Below are positions 24,516 through 37,245 of a stretch of DNA of 64,000 nt, in pieces. Position 1 is the stretch's first letter. Every line of letters starts with the position of its first letter. The translations under genes were made by a program, and so were the position numbers. The DNA is taken from NCBI GenBank assembly GCA_013239625.1, contig MU053472.1:1054001-1118000 (forward strand), read 5' to 3'. The notes under the pieces were generated by a model, which searched no databases, was not told the origin of the DNA, and worked only from the letters and a program-made list of their open reading frames with translations. Source of the stretch: Lama guanicoe. Its lineage: Eukaryota.

Positions 24516-25489
24516 CATTATCATTCATCAGCTACAGGCCTACAACTCTGGCCTAGACCTTTCTTTCAGATCTCACACTCACTTCTAGACAGACAATACA
24601 CTTGTGTTTACTTGTATGAATATGAATGAGAATACTCTCAGGAAGACTGAACTAGACTGTTCCCATTGATTAGGCTGAAACCTAACCAATTGTATTACAC
24701 TTTCCCTGGATAAAGTCTAAAGAGAAAAGAGGAAATAACAGCAAGAATATATACAAAGAAAAGTCACAGCAGCATTGAATCCAAAGTGGAGAAGGAGTCC
24801 TGGCTAGGCAGACTGCACTCCGTGGCCTGCTAGCCACATGGCATGCGAAAATACCTGAAGCTACCTTAGGACGCACTGCTTAAGATCAACTAACTCTGTT
24901 CACACTGATTGCATAACTCAGCAAACAATCTTCCAGAACATTTGGCTTCCCATGTGGTGAGGCTAGAGCTGAAGGGGGATGTGAAGTCTAGGGGGGGTTT
25001 CTTTTTTGTTTGTAAACTGAAATGTAAGAAAATATAGCTGTATGTCAACGTAATAAAAGCAGATAACTGATGAAGCAAAGTCAACAAGAACAAGAGAGGA
25101 GATGGAATCAGGGCAAACGTGGAAGGACTGGTCTTTGAAGGAAGGTGGCAGCAAGCACAGATGTGTAAGATGCTTGGGTAGCTGCTGCTTTTTAGCTTCT
25201 CAATGAAGAACATTCACAACAAAAAACCCAGAAGGCAGCCTTTTTATTACATCACACTATTCTATGGCTTTAGTCAACAGGTCATTTAGATAAAGGTTAC
25301 TGTTTAATGAAACAGTTAGATTGCATTCTGCATTCAGAAAGTCAGGAATTCTCTAAAGATATTGGTAAATGAGGTATGTGAAATAATTATCCTCAGACAA
25401 CCATTTTAGGTTGTGTAGAACTTTACTGGGTTCAGAGTACTCTCACATTTAGATATCTTGTAATGCGTAGTTCTTGTTTAAATCTCGAT

Positions 25490-25850
25490 TCTAACATATC
25501 AATGTAAAAAGACACTTTTAGATAGAGTTGGGGAAATGTGAGTATCTGGGGGTATTAGATTATTATAGTTAAAATTTTGTTAGGTGTTACAATGACATTG
25601 TCATGAAAAGAAAATGTCCCTATATTGAGAGATGAATGAGGAAATATGTGGTAGTAAAATAACATGATGCCTGGGACTTGCATTAAAATACTTCAACAAA
25701 GAAAAAGGTGAATAAATGAAATAAATGTGGCAAATCTTGAAAACTACTTAGTCTGAGTAAAGGTATCTGGGGGTAAGGGGGTCCTTGTATAGTCTCTCTA
25801 CTTTTCTATGTGTTTGACAGTTTTCATAATAAAATTTTAAAAAAATTTTG
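25490..25850 (+). mobile_element. Old L1 3' end fragment (L1MC/ME-like)
   Basis: tgcctgggacttgcattaaaatacttcaa...ctctctacttttctatgtgtttgacagttttcataataaaa is typical of L1MC/ME 3' UTRs. Confidence 0.65.
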
Positions 25851-26633
25851 TTTCTGAGTATAGAAAAAAAATTGATTATTATCACACCACCACCTGGCCA
25901 TCCAGGTCCATTTACAGGCAGCAAATGTCTATATAATAATGATGTCAACACTACTACTGAGATATTCAAAAAACTAATTCTTAAAATTAATTCAGAACAA
26001 TAGTTTTACATCATCCCATTCTCTCCAAAAAGAAAAAAAAGTTACTTCTTAGAAACTCCCTTCAAATTTCATGGCTTCTCCTTACCACCCCCAGCCCCAA
26101 GTAATTATGTAGAGGCAACTGTGACACTGTGCTGGGGGATGGGGGCAGAAGCAGCCTTGGGCATTGTAGTACCTAACCAAGAAGAAAACTGCAAATTAGT
26201 TACATAAATGCACGTTGCTATAACTGATTCAAGAATTTTTTTAATCCTTGATAAATTATTAGGGAGACCTAAAGAAAAGACAAAAAAGAATAATTTATAC
26301 ATTATGACTACTACATTAATTAAAGAATACCACTACTTTGAAAAATTTAGTATTGGCTACATAAATTTCCACAAAGATCTCAACTTCCTTCCTCTGAACC
26401 TTATTTAATATAAGGAAAAAAACTTCAAAAACTCAAACCTATATTGAGACCCTATATAGTTCCAATGCAAAAAGTCCTACAGAATCAGGAGACATATTTA
26501 CTTAGACCAATAACATGGTGTTATATGAATTAATGAAAATAAAACTAGCAGTATTTTTTTTCTTTTTGCTAAATATGATCAACATTCATAATCTTAACAA
26601 TGACAAAGCATCTTGACAATCAATTCTACTTAC

Positions 26634-26732
26634 CCCAAAGGTTTTGGTTTGTGCGTATCTAAGGAGTGCAACTGACATCTCTTGTTCTTTTTACTTTTTG
26701 GAATAGCATCTATCATATCATTTAGTTTGGAC
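26634..26732 (-). CDS. GGNBP2: GGNBP2 exon 5
   Basis: tag|G TCC AAA CTA...TTG GG|gtaagt; 99 nt; SKLNDMIDAIPKSKKNKRCQLHSLDTHKPKPL. Confidence 0.95.
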
Positions 26733-27444
26733 CTAATTAAAAATAAGCCATTAAAGATTTGATTAATATTATTTTTCTTTAGAATTTTCAAAATCTCTAT
26801 TTTCTGCTTTTTAGTGAGAAGTATATTTAAACTATTACAGACAAATCACTTACTTTGAAAATTTCTCATCAGACAAATTCTAACCTAAGAATTTGTACAT
26901 TTATATTCCCATTCCATTCCTAGTCCGTCAAGGTGTTGAAGGAGACCTCCTCTGTTCAACATACTCTTTCCCCCAGACTGCATCTGTCTTACTCATTGCT
27001 GCATCCGCATTGTATCTAGCAGTGTGCCCGGTACTCAAGTATTTTATGACTGATTGCTACCTGACTCTCAGCCATAGTCCCTGGTAGAAACATTATCTAA
27101 ATATAGATCCTTGATGAGGAGCCATCAGTAGAAATTTTATGCAAATATAGAAATATATAAGGCTAAATATCCGTATCTTGCATCCAACCAATCAGCAAAG
27201 CCTGCCAATTTTAACTTTTAAGTATATCCAGAATCAACTCACTTCTCATCCCCTCCACCATCATCACCCTTGTCCAGTTCGCCTCTCTAGCTTAGTCAAC
27301 TGCAATAGCTGGCCTCCCAAACGGTCTTCTTGCTTCTACCCTTTGACTCCACATTCTAGGTTTCACTTAGCAGCTAGAGAGATCTTTTCCAAACAAAAAT
27401 CACATTATGTTGTTTCTATATTCAAAAACCCTCAAGGGCTTCTT

Positions 27445-27565
27445 GGGGGGGGGCGGGTATAGCTCAGTGGTAAAGCATATGCTTGGCATGCACAAGGTCC
27501 TGGGTTCAATCCCCAGTACCTCCATTAGAAAAACCAACCAAACAAAAACAAAACAAAACAAAACC
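27445..27565 (+). mobile_element. Vic-1-like tRNA-derived SINE
   Basis: gggtatagctcagtggtaaagcatatgcttggcatgcacaaggtcctgggttcaatccccagtacctccatt plus A-rich tail; duplication caagggcttctt / caaggcttctt. Confidence 0.9.
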
Positions 27566-27845
27566 ACTATCCAAGGCTTCTTTTCTCAGCCAGAGTAAAA
27601 ATCCAAGATCTCTACCACCACCTTTAAATAGGAAAGCCCCAGGGTTTAGTCTTCAGACCTCTTCTCTTTCCTTATTTATACTTACTCTTTGGTGATCACA
27701 TCTCATTTCATCGGTTTAGATTATATATATAAATATTATTTATATGCTGATGATACAACTTTGTATCTCTAGGTCAGACCTATCTGAACTTCACCTGGAT
27801 GCCCAACTGATATCTCAAACTTAACACATCCAAAAGTGAGCTCTG

Positions 27846-27952
27846 AAAAGAATATGAAAATGAATATATGTATATTCATGTATGACTGAAGCATTGTGCT
27901 GTACACCAGAAATTGACACATTGTAAACTATACCTCAATTATAAACAAATGT
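27846..27952 (+). mobile_element. Extremely 5'-truncated L1 3' end with target-site duplication
   Basis: tgctgtacaccagaaattgacacattgtaa is shared with the L1 tail at about 18290; flanks caaaagtgagctctg (27831) and caaaagtgagttctg (27953). Confidence 0.8.
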
Positions 27953-28891
27953 CAAAAGTGAGTTCTGCAAAGTTGCTCCTCCCTCTTCCAGTCTAACCTA
28001 TCTCAGTAAATGGAAACCACTTAACCTGTTCTTTAGACCCCAAATCTGTGAATCATCCTTGATGCCCTCCTCTATATCCAACCCTTATCCAAAATTTGTG
28101 TTGATTCATTCTTCAAATACATCCAGGAACCATTTCTCATTATCTCTGTGGCCACTATACTGGTCACTATTATTTCTTTCACAGATTTTATTAAACAGCC
28201 TGTTTCTCTGCCCTTCCATTTATTCTCAACACACAGGTCAAAGTAAGCAAAACTTCAAGCCAGATCATGCTACTCATCTGCTCAAAACCCTCCCAAATCT
28301 TCCCATTTCACCCAAAGTATAAAAAATAAAAACAAAAACAAAAAACAAAAAAACCCCACCACCTCAAGATGGTACTACATAATTAGGCCTTTTATTACTC
28401 CTCTGACTTCATCTTTTATTACTGCCCCCTTCATTCATCTGGCTCTGCCACAATGGCTTCCTTGCTGTTCTTCAAATGTGCCAGGAAAACTCTAACTTCT
28501 GAACCCTAACACTTGCTGCTCCTTCTCCACCTTCCCTCATATATCTACGTGTTACAGTCACTCACTTCATTCAAGTCTGTATTCCATGTCATTTAATCAG
28601 AGGCCTTCCCTGACCATCCTTCACATTAATTCTACCCACTCATTCTCTATCTGTCTTACTGGTTTTTCTTTGTAACTTATCATGCCTGACAAATTATGTA
28701 TTTGCTTACTGTGTCTGCCTTTCCCCACATGAGAAAAGAATCTTTACAGTTACTGGCACATAGAAGATACTCAATAAAATTACTGAATTTGGACTCAAGT
28801 TTTGCCCCAATCAAATTTAGAAAACAAGCTACCAGTTTCACCAAGTTTAAAAATTTAACAAACCCATTTTTTCCTCATTGATTATACTCAC

Positions 28892-29145
28892 CCATGTACA
28901 TAAAATAATGTATAAAGCTTCTTTGCATCAGTCATGCAGCTTCGAGTTACGGATAAGACTCCCTTGGGGCCTACTGTTAGGGGTTCAAGGGCAGGATTTC
29001 CAGACTCTACAAGCTGGGAAAAGAGGCGCTCCACACTGCGACGACAGCCAACACATGGGACAAGCTGAGAAAGTGCACTCAAGACTTCACGTGATGTCAC
29101 CACCATGGCAATACTCAGATCTTGTTGCTTAAGCATACTATGTCG
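28892..29145 (-). CDS. GGNBP2: GGNBP2 exon 4
   Basis: cag|CGA CAT AGT ATG...CAT GG|gtgagt; 254 nt; RHSMLKQQDLSIAMVVTSREVLSALSQLVPCVGCRRSVERLFSQL...YTLFYVH. Confidence 0.96.
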
Positions 29146-30449
29146 CTGAGAGAAAGAGGAGGGAAAAAAGTCCTTAAGACAGACATAAAATGACTTTCAC
29201 TACCACTTCTGGTTCCTATCCTTGTGCAGTAAATACAAGGATAGGAACTAGAAATAGGGCAGGGCAGAGCTTGCCATCTCTACCTGCAACTGAGTCAGAA
29301 AGGCAAGGTAGGCGGCCTTGTCCATGCTGTACTGAGTTTGCCCAACAAATCCCCTGTTCTAGAATATAGGGTATATAAAACTGCTTAGGAGGCCAGAGCT
29401 ATGCAGAGCAAGAAGCCCTGCATCTGGAAATCTACTGCTTGTTCAGTGAGTATTAAGCTTAGTACTCTCACTTAAAGAAAAAAAGAAAAAAACAAAAAAG
29501 AATAAAGACACAATACAAGTTTACCATGTCTTCTCAGCCTTTAACAACACACTATGTTTAGCTACACAAGTGAAGTTAGGAAGGTGATCACGTAGAGCAG
29601 CAATTCTAAACCTGGAGGCACGGACAGGTGTGTCACGGATTAGTGGGGGAGAAGAAAGCCTATCTTACCTACGTAGGAGCCTGCAGTGAGTAACTAACAT
29701 GCTGGTGCATATGAATGTTATCTGTTGGTTATGACAAGGAAGAAAAATGACTGAGAACCACAACTGCAGAGAAATAAGCAAAACTCTAGTAAGTAAACTC
29801 CACCTGGATGGAGTTACAGTTATACTACAAGTAATACCTCCAGTTTACCACCCCACCCCCACAAAAACAGATGAGAAAGACAACTGCCAAGAAAGATATT
29901 CTCACATTTACCATTAAACTTTCATTCAGTTTTCTTCAAAAGTTGAAATAGAATTTTGAAGTAAAGTAACCATTTATCTTCCATTATCTTGATTATATAC
30001 AGTATATTTACAAAGTACCATACTGTTTAAGAATTAAATAAAAATCACAAAAGTTCATAATACAGGATTAATTTTTTTTTTTTACTTGAACAAAACAATT
30101 ACTACAGGAAAAAACAAAAATGTTCTCAATGAAAGGTTGGCTACTCTATCTTTAAAAACAGAGAAATTAAATTAAAACTAAATTTAAAGTTAAAATTAAA
30201 ATGGTGAAATTAAAGTGAAATTAAAGCCTTATGGACATGTAAAATGGTAACACACCACCACCAAATCTCTTTCACATGACAGATACATAGATATACCTGG
30301 AGCAATAGTAAAAGAAAGTGACTTCAGTGCAATCTTAAGACCTAAAAAGCCCTAGGTAAAACAAAATTTACACTTATAACTAAAATTTTAAATGATTCTT
30401 TAAAACACACACACCCCCCATTTAAAACATTAATTTTTAAAACTATTAC

Positions 30450-30530
30450 CTGAATGAACTGCTTTAGTTGTGCACCATTATTTTGATGCCCATCGAGATT
30501 TAACACATTGTCAGGAAATTCCATCACCAT
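30450..30530 (-). CDS. GGNBP2: GGNBP2 exon 3
   Basis: aag|ATG GTG ATG GAA...ATT CAG|gtaata; 81 nt; MVMEFPDNVLNLDGHQNNGAQLKQFIQ. Confidence 0.95.
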
Positions 30531-30699
30531 CTTAACATGCAAAAGAATAAAAATCAATTATTTTATCTTATTTGAACACATGATATAGACTATTTTATAG
30601 TCTTCTAGGATAGGAATAGACCCCTAGAGCCAGATTTGCCACCATCCTCCCACCCTGGTCCAAAAGCTTAAAACAAAAAAAAAAAAGCCAGAAATGGTA

Positions 30700-30930
30700 C
30701 AGTCATTAGAAGCAAAGACACTGAAGTCAGGCAGACATGAAATCAAATACCAGCTCTACCACTTATGATTTATGTCATACTGGGCAAGTTACTTAAGCTG
30801 TCTGATTTTTAGCTTCCTCATCCGTAAAATGAGACTAAGTAATAATTTTTAGTATCCCTCACAGAATGGGTTGTGAGGACTAAATTACATTTAAAAGTGT
30901 TTGCTGCAGTGGCTAATAACAGTATTTAAT
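30700..30930 (+). mobile_element. MIR SINE
   Basis: aaataccagctctaccactta...tgggcaagttacttaa...ttcctcatccgtaaaatgag...ggttgtgaggactaaat matches the sense MIR core. Confidence 0.75.
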
Positions 30931-33879
30931 AAGTGAAATAACCTGATATCTTACATTAAATAGCCTGCTATTTTTAGACATTCCTCTTAACTATGGAATA
31001 TAGTAAAACTTATCATATAAGTGACTATACATATATATACATCAGAACAGTACCTGGCACTTAGTAAAATGTTTGCTCTAATTATGAACAGAAAGGATAC
31101 ACTGAGATATTTATTCAATTTTCAAAATTCACTACCAGAGGAAGGGGGATATAAAACTTAAGGATGTTTCAGGATGTCAGATGATGGGAACTAGTAATTA
31201 GCACATTTCACTGATCTGTGACACCACTGATTTTAAAAAGTTCCTTACGTATGTACCACTAGGAAAGAGCCATTATAACTGGAAGATGTCACCAAATGAA
31301 AGAAGCTTCCCAATTTCAGAGATGTTAAAACGTGGGAAAAAAAAAGTATGTCTTCAAAATACTGAAATAAAGTAACATTTATATCTTAACTAGAACATTT
31401 TTTAAAGGTATCAAACATAATGTGCTAGGACAAACTTCTATTTCCAGATGACAAGGGCCACAAACTCCTACATACTCAGAGAGTGAAGTCAGGATAAAGA
31501 GATCCATTTGAGGCCAAAACAAAAAACTGAAAAACCCCACCCAGTTGTATGGGGGGAGGGCTTAAGAAGATTCCTCCCTTCGCCAAACAGCATCACAAAG
31601 ACCTACTTCTTCAATCAAGTGACCATTCTTTTCCCTCCATGTGACAAATGAGAGCCTTAAAACATACTTGTAAGAACAACAGGGGACTAAACAACTAAGG
31701 CAGGTATAAGCAAAAGATAGTAAGACCTTTGCTTGATTTGGTGAGAGGGGAACACTGGACATGTGAAGAGAGACAAATGAATACTAAGGATGGGCAATGA
31801 TGCCAACACCAACTCAACAATCCAGAGGACTTCAGTGTATTTCATAGAACCAAAAACCACATGCGCAATGATTCAAATTTTTCTCTTTTCTTACAGAAAA
31901 AGAAAATATGTAATATATTAGATGTAGCTGATCTCTAGGCAGTGAAAAGATAGGTGGCTTTTTCTTTATGTGTTCCTATCTTTCCAAAATGGATTATAAT
32001 ACACATATCCCACTTATCATCAGTGCGAAGAGTTAGTGTTCCCCGTTCCCAATTCCATATTCATTATACCACGTTCAGAGACATGCTTCCACTGCAACAG
32101 CTTTTACTATTCTATAAAAACTTCTGTACATAGACTACATTGCCTGTATCTCACAGTTTCAAGGATCAATTTATCCAATTTTCAGGTTTATCAATTTCTC
32201 TCCAGTTTTCCCTCCAAGTCACTTATAATATCTCCAAAAAGTGGTGGTAATAATAATAAAGACATCTACTATAGCTTTATATATACTAGCCATTGTTCTA
32301 AGCACTGTCATATGTTAACTGCCAACAGTACAAAGTAAAATTGATCACTAGTCTTAATTATCCTGGTATTAGAAATCCTGGCCTATGAAAACTGATGAAA
32401 GAATAGTATAACTTACTCTCATTATGTTTCCCATAACCACCACATGGTTTAAAATACAAAGAAATTTAAATGTCATGTCACAAAAAAAGGTACAGGATAA
32501 ACTTTTTTTGGAGGGAGGATAAACTTTAAAGCCATATAATTCAATAGAACACTGTAAGTCACTCCAAATCTACCTTTTAGGCCATTAACATCTTGATTTG
32601 CATTTTCACTTGCGTAATACAAATATATACACCATTTAACCACATATTAATTGCCATCATAAAAAAATTAAGACAATTATCTACACTATTTTAAAATCAA
32701 AGCTATCTATTTACCATATCAAGGTCTCTCCAGTCCGGTTCATAGGTGAAATCCTACATTCTGACTCTGTGTAAGTAAATTATTTTTATGCTGATGAACT
32801 ATTTTATTGTTTTAACGGTTAAAGCAGAGGTCAAAGCACACATCTAACATATTGAGAACTACCAGCTGACCTTTAAAATACATATGTATATAAAATTTAA
32901 TGGATAATACCTGCTACAGGAATCTTTTTTAAAAAGTCAATCAGGAACAGAGTTAAAAATTTTAAAAAACAACAAAAAAAACCCCTCATTTCCAATCATT
33001 TCATTTTCGCCTAACTAATACAGAAAAATGTCAAGATCAGGTCTACTACTGAGTCTCCCCTGGGTTTCACTGGCTTGGATAATATCAAATTTTCCCTTAT
33101 ATTTACACAATCCACCTGGTTAGAAATTCTGCACTTACACTAAATAATTACTCTGTCCTTACCTTTCCCTTAGGACAATGGCTTTTTACCTTGCTTTTTT
33201 TTTGGCCAATCACTATATGCTCTTTAATTTTGCGACCACAACAAGAAAAAGAGAAAAAGACAAAACAAACAAACAAACAAAAAAAACAAGGAAGGTAAAG
33301 AGGATAGCAGCATTATTTTCCCCTCTTCTTTAAAACCACTTCCTTGACTTAATCTTCAGATTCTAGGTTACCTAAAGGAAGACAGTCATGTATTTCAGGT
33401 GTGGTGTCACAGAGGAATCATTAGTGTCTGGCTTCACGATGAGGTTGCCTATCCCTAGCTAGCCAAAAATAGAACGAGTCATTGTCCTGCAATTACTGTT
33501 TCATAAAGTTTATTGAATTCATTACCCACTTTCACTCTTAAGTATCTGTCCTGGTTTCTCCTGACCACAAATAATCTATTCTTAGTGCATCCTCACAAGC
33601 TCTAACCCAATATTGTTTGTATTTACTAAAAATCATTGCTCCTTTAGTTTTACTTTTTTACTTCTTCATCCTCACAGCTCTTTGTAACATCTATCATCTT
33701 TGGTAAATTATTTAAATATTTAATTAGGAGTTGAAAGCAAACCATAAATATTAAAATTTTAACAAATGCTAAATACCTAATCCTCAAGTATCCGGATATG
33801 CTACATTTTTAAATCTTTTGTAAGTCTCAGTTAAAAACCTCATCAGTCTCTAGACTATTTAGATTGGTTTGAATTAGGA

Positions 33880-34325
33880 GGGTAAACCGTGTTCCAGAAA
33901 TATTGTAACAATTTGACAGTATGTATCAAGAACTTTATAAAAGGTTTTTATCCTTTGAACCAGTAGTTTCACTTTCAAAGGCCTGAAAAAATTTTCAATG
34001 CAAAGATTTACATATTATTCATATCCTTAGAGTATTATTCATAGCAAAAACTAGAATCACCTCTATGTTCAACAAAGGAAGAATGATTACATTATGGAAT
34101 GTCACACAACAAAGTATTCCATGGCCATTAAAGCTGTTTTAAATGACTAGAGAAAATGTTCTCAATATTACATTTAGTGAAAAAAAAAAAAAAAGCAAGA
34201 TATAAAATGTTACAGAAGACAATACATCTCAATTCTGCACCTGTGTGTCTCTATGATGGAACTACACCAAATGCTGCTACATCCTTAGTCACCTCTGGGA
34301 AGTAGGATAAAGGATAATTTGTTTT
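33880..34325 (+). mobile_element. Old L1 3' fragment (L1ME-like)
   Basis: tcctttgaaccagtagtttcacttt...tattcatagcaaaaactagaatcacctctatgttcaacaaagg...ttagtgaaaaaa. Confidence 0.55.
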
Positions 34326-34334
34326 GCAGTTATT

Positions 34335-34452
34335 TGGTGGGGGGTAGAGGGTGGTAATTAGGTTTATTTATTTTAATGGCGGTACTGGGGATTGAACCCA
34401 GGACTTTGTGCATGCTAGGCAGGCACTTTACCACTGAGCTACACCCTACCGC
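34335..34452 (-). mobile_element. Vic-1-like tRNA-derived SINE
   Basis: ggtaattaggttttatttattttaatggcggtactggggattgaacccaggactttgtgcatgctaggcaggcactttaccactgagctacaccc; flanked by gcagtta. Confidence 0.9.
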
Positions 34453-37245
34453 CACGCAGTTACTTTTAAATATCATTTTATAAGGAGTATATATCTTGGC
34501 TCTATTAATTCCTTTTTAAAAAACTTTAAACATTGTAATTTTACAAAGATGTCTCTAAAATAAAATCTGTATTCTGTCTATGTGCTATCCTATAATTCTA
34601 ATGACACTGAAAAGTATTTTGGCTACATAGCATACCACTTTCCTAAATATTCCACCAGTTTACTTATTTGAGATTTTCTCAAATAAACCTACATCAGCAC
34701 TGTACCCAAGATTTCAAACCCACTGAACTACCACATGAGCCTTCTGAATGTGGCTACAACACACCACATAAAAGAGGAGGCTACTTCCTCACATACAAGC
34801 TTGATTTCATTTTACAAATTCAACTTAAAATAGCCAGTTTAATAAGGAGAGGGGTTTCAACTTCTGTTACAAAAAACAGTAAATCTTTGTAACTGATTGT
34901 AAACATTGTAACTAGACTTAACATCTAGGAGCCAACAAGATTCTAAGACTACTTGAAATAAAGATCACAGTGTTTCCTCGGTGTATTACCTAGGAACAAA
35001 GACCAAACCGAACGTTAACTTCAGGGACACAATGCCATCAATCTACCAACGGACCAGTGCAGAGCACAATCTTCTGCTACAGGCATCTTCCCTCTCTATT
35101 CCCCAACAGGTGTTTGCTCTGCATTCTTCCTTTAAGTACAGTTTGGTAGCATGGTTCTGAAAGAAACTTGTCTCCCCAAACATGATGCATTACTGACAAA
35201 ATTTCACTAACCAGCATTCAATGGCTGTGTCGATGTTACAAAATAAAGCAGTAAAAGGTCCCACTTAATCCCTAATGATAAAAACCCTTCCACAGTAAAT
35301 AAAAACTGCATCCTTTCCTAAATAAAATGCTATTTTAAGATAGTTAAAGTAAGCTTAAATTTTATTTGCCTGGGTCACAAGTCCACAACACAACAAAAGC
35401 AAAACTCAACCACCAGGTCAGTCCAATCCCAACTTCTCTAGAGAAATAAGTACAATGATAAACCACAGTGCAAGGAAATCTTTTTCTACGGAAAGTTTTG
35501 GAAATTCATATCTTTGTACAGAGAACAGAGTATTAAAACACTCCCAAAACTTGGGTATTGTAACGTGCTATATGACAGATGTATCAACGCTACATTCACA
35601 TCAAAGGCGATTATGTGAGCATGAAGAGAGGATCAGTGTCTTTTATGTCCAAACACACAGAATTTTTTTTAAACTTCAAAAGCACCCTGGAACAATAAAC
35701 ATAAAAGGTTGATACCAAACTATGTGCTCTAGAAGTGTTTGCGTTGAAGGGGGAGAGAAGAAAGAAAACATCAACAAATGAACTGATATTAGTTTTCAAA
35801 TTAAAAAGTTCATCATTTAATCTGATTAGAGTGCTATTCTTTTTTTTTAACCACATAAATACAAGTCCATTATACTTTTAATGCAATAAGTGCAGAAATC
35901 ATGACCAAGGCATACAAGTACACTTTCCAATATATCAACAGAAATTTCATTTACCTTAACGTGAGGCAAAATCATTTTACCTTTTTTCATGAGAAAAAAA
36001 TGCACTTGGGTAATCACAGATGTCTTCACTTAAAAAGTTCTAACACATTAAGTCATTCAATAGCTCTTCTAATCCTTTAAAAATACTGCACCTCAATCAA
36101 GTCTTAATTGAGACTGGCAAACAGAAAGGCATAGAGTGACATCTCCACAATGACTTGCATTTTATATAAAATTTTTAAAAGTTCAGTAGATATTTGCAAA
36201 AAAGAAATTCAGGAACAAAACAGGTCAACTGCCTTTGAAAAGGAAAAAAGCCAAAGGAGGTAAAATGAAGAGACAATTACACCTTATCAAAAAACAGGCA
36301 AATGTATAGTCCAAAGCTTCAGCATCATCAAAATGTAGATTTCAAGACATTCAGAAAAGGTTCATTTCATTTCTTAAGAAATTGTGGCAAGCAACTGCAC
36401 TCATTTCCTGTTCAGATTCAATTCAAATTTCTGCCATTTCCTTTCAAAGGAAATAGTACAGCAACACAGGGTAGAGGGTCTGTAATGCTATATACTACCA
36501 CCAACTCCGAAAAGAAAACCTACTCAGAACCGGGTTTTGACACTCAAGATGAACAATCAGCTTTTTATAATACTCTAACACATGCAATAATTTTGCTTCC
36601 TTAAAAAAGGGGGAAAAGGCTACCTATAAAGAATAACATACCAAGAAAGCCCATTTTGAAGAGTCATGGCCTAGCAACACATTCATTTCGAAGAGTTTTA
36701 ACGTAAAGATATGAGACTACTTACAACGAAATCAAATCATTTCAGTGGAATCTTTACCATGCACGAGCATGTCACTCGGCCCCCTTAATTATGCTTATGG
36801 AGTGAGAGCTGTAGTATTAAGATAGAAAATACACAGGTAGCAGTGCAGCTGCGACATTTCCAGATAATTAAGCCTCCCCGAGGGTGGGTGGTTTCTGTAA
36901 GGGATAGGCCCTAAACGCCCAAGATCCTTCAACCCCTCTCCGAGGCGTGTGCTTTGGCAAAAGCACCGTCTCCTATAGGAAAGGGTAAAGGAAGAGGGTT
37001 GAAAGGAGGAGGAAAATCTGGGGAGAGGGGTTCAAAGTGCGCATGGAGCGCTAGCTTAAGGGCCCGCAGAGGTTACCGAGCGACCCACTGCAAAGGCGAG
37101 TTTGTAGGGCCTGCCGGAGAGAAGGCCTCGCCTAGGAGTTGCAACACACTCTTTCTCCAGTGCGCAGCGCTGGGCCTGGGGGAGGGGGAGGAGGGGAAAC
37201 AGCTGCCAGGAGAGCTGCGAGCCCGGCCCGGCCCGGCCCGCTCAC

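Larger units (their letters stand above)
27170..28790 (+). mobile_element. Fragmented LINE-2 interrupted by younger SINE and L1 insertions
   Basis: Pyrimidine-rich L2-like motifs (ctcaaacttaacacatccaaa, catctgctcaaaaccctcc, tggcacatagaagatactcaataaa); boundaries approximate. Confidence 0.6.

Noticed and set aside
27455..27525. tRNA-like sequence with A and B boxes (also at 57207 and other copies)
   Set aside because: SINE heads with A-rich tails and target-site duplications; I could not fold a full cloverleaf
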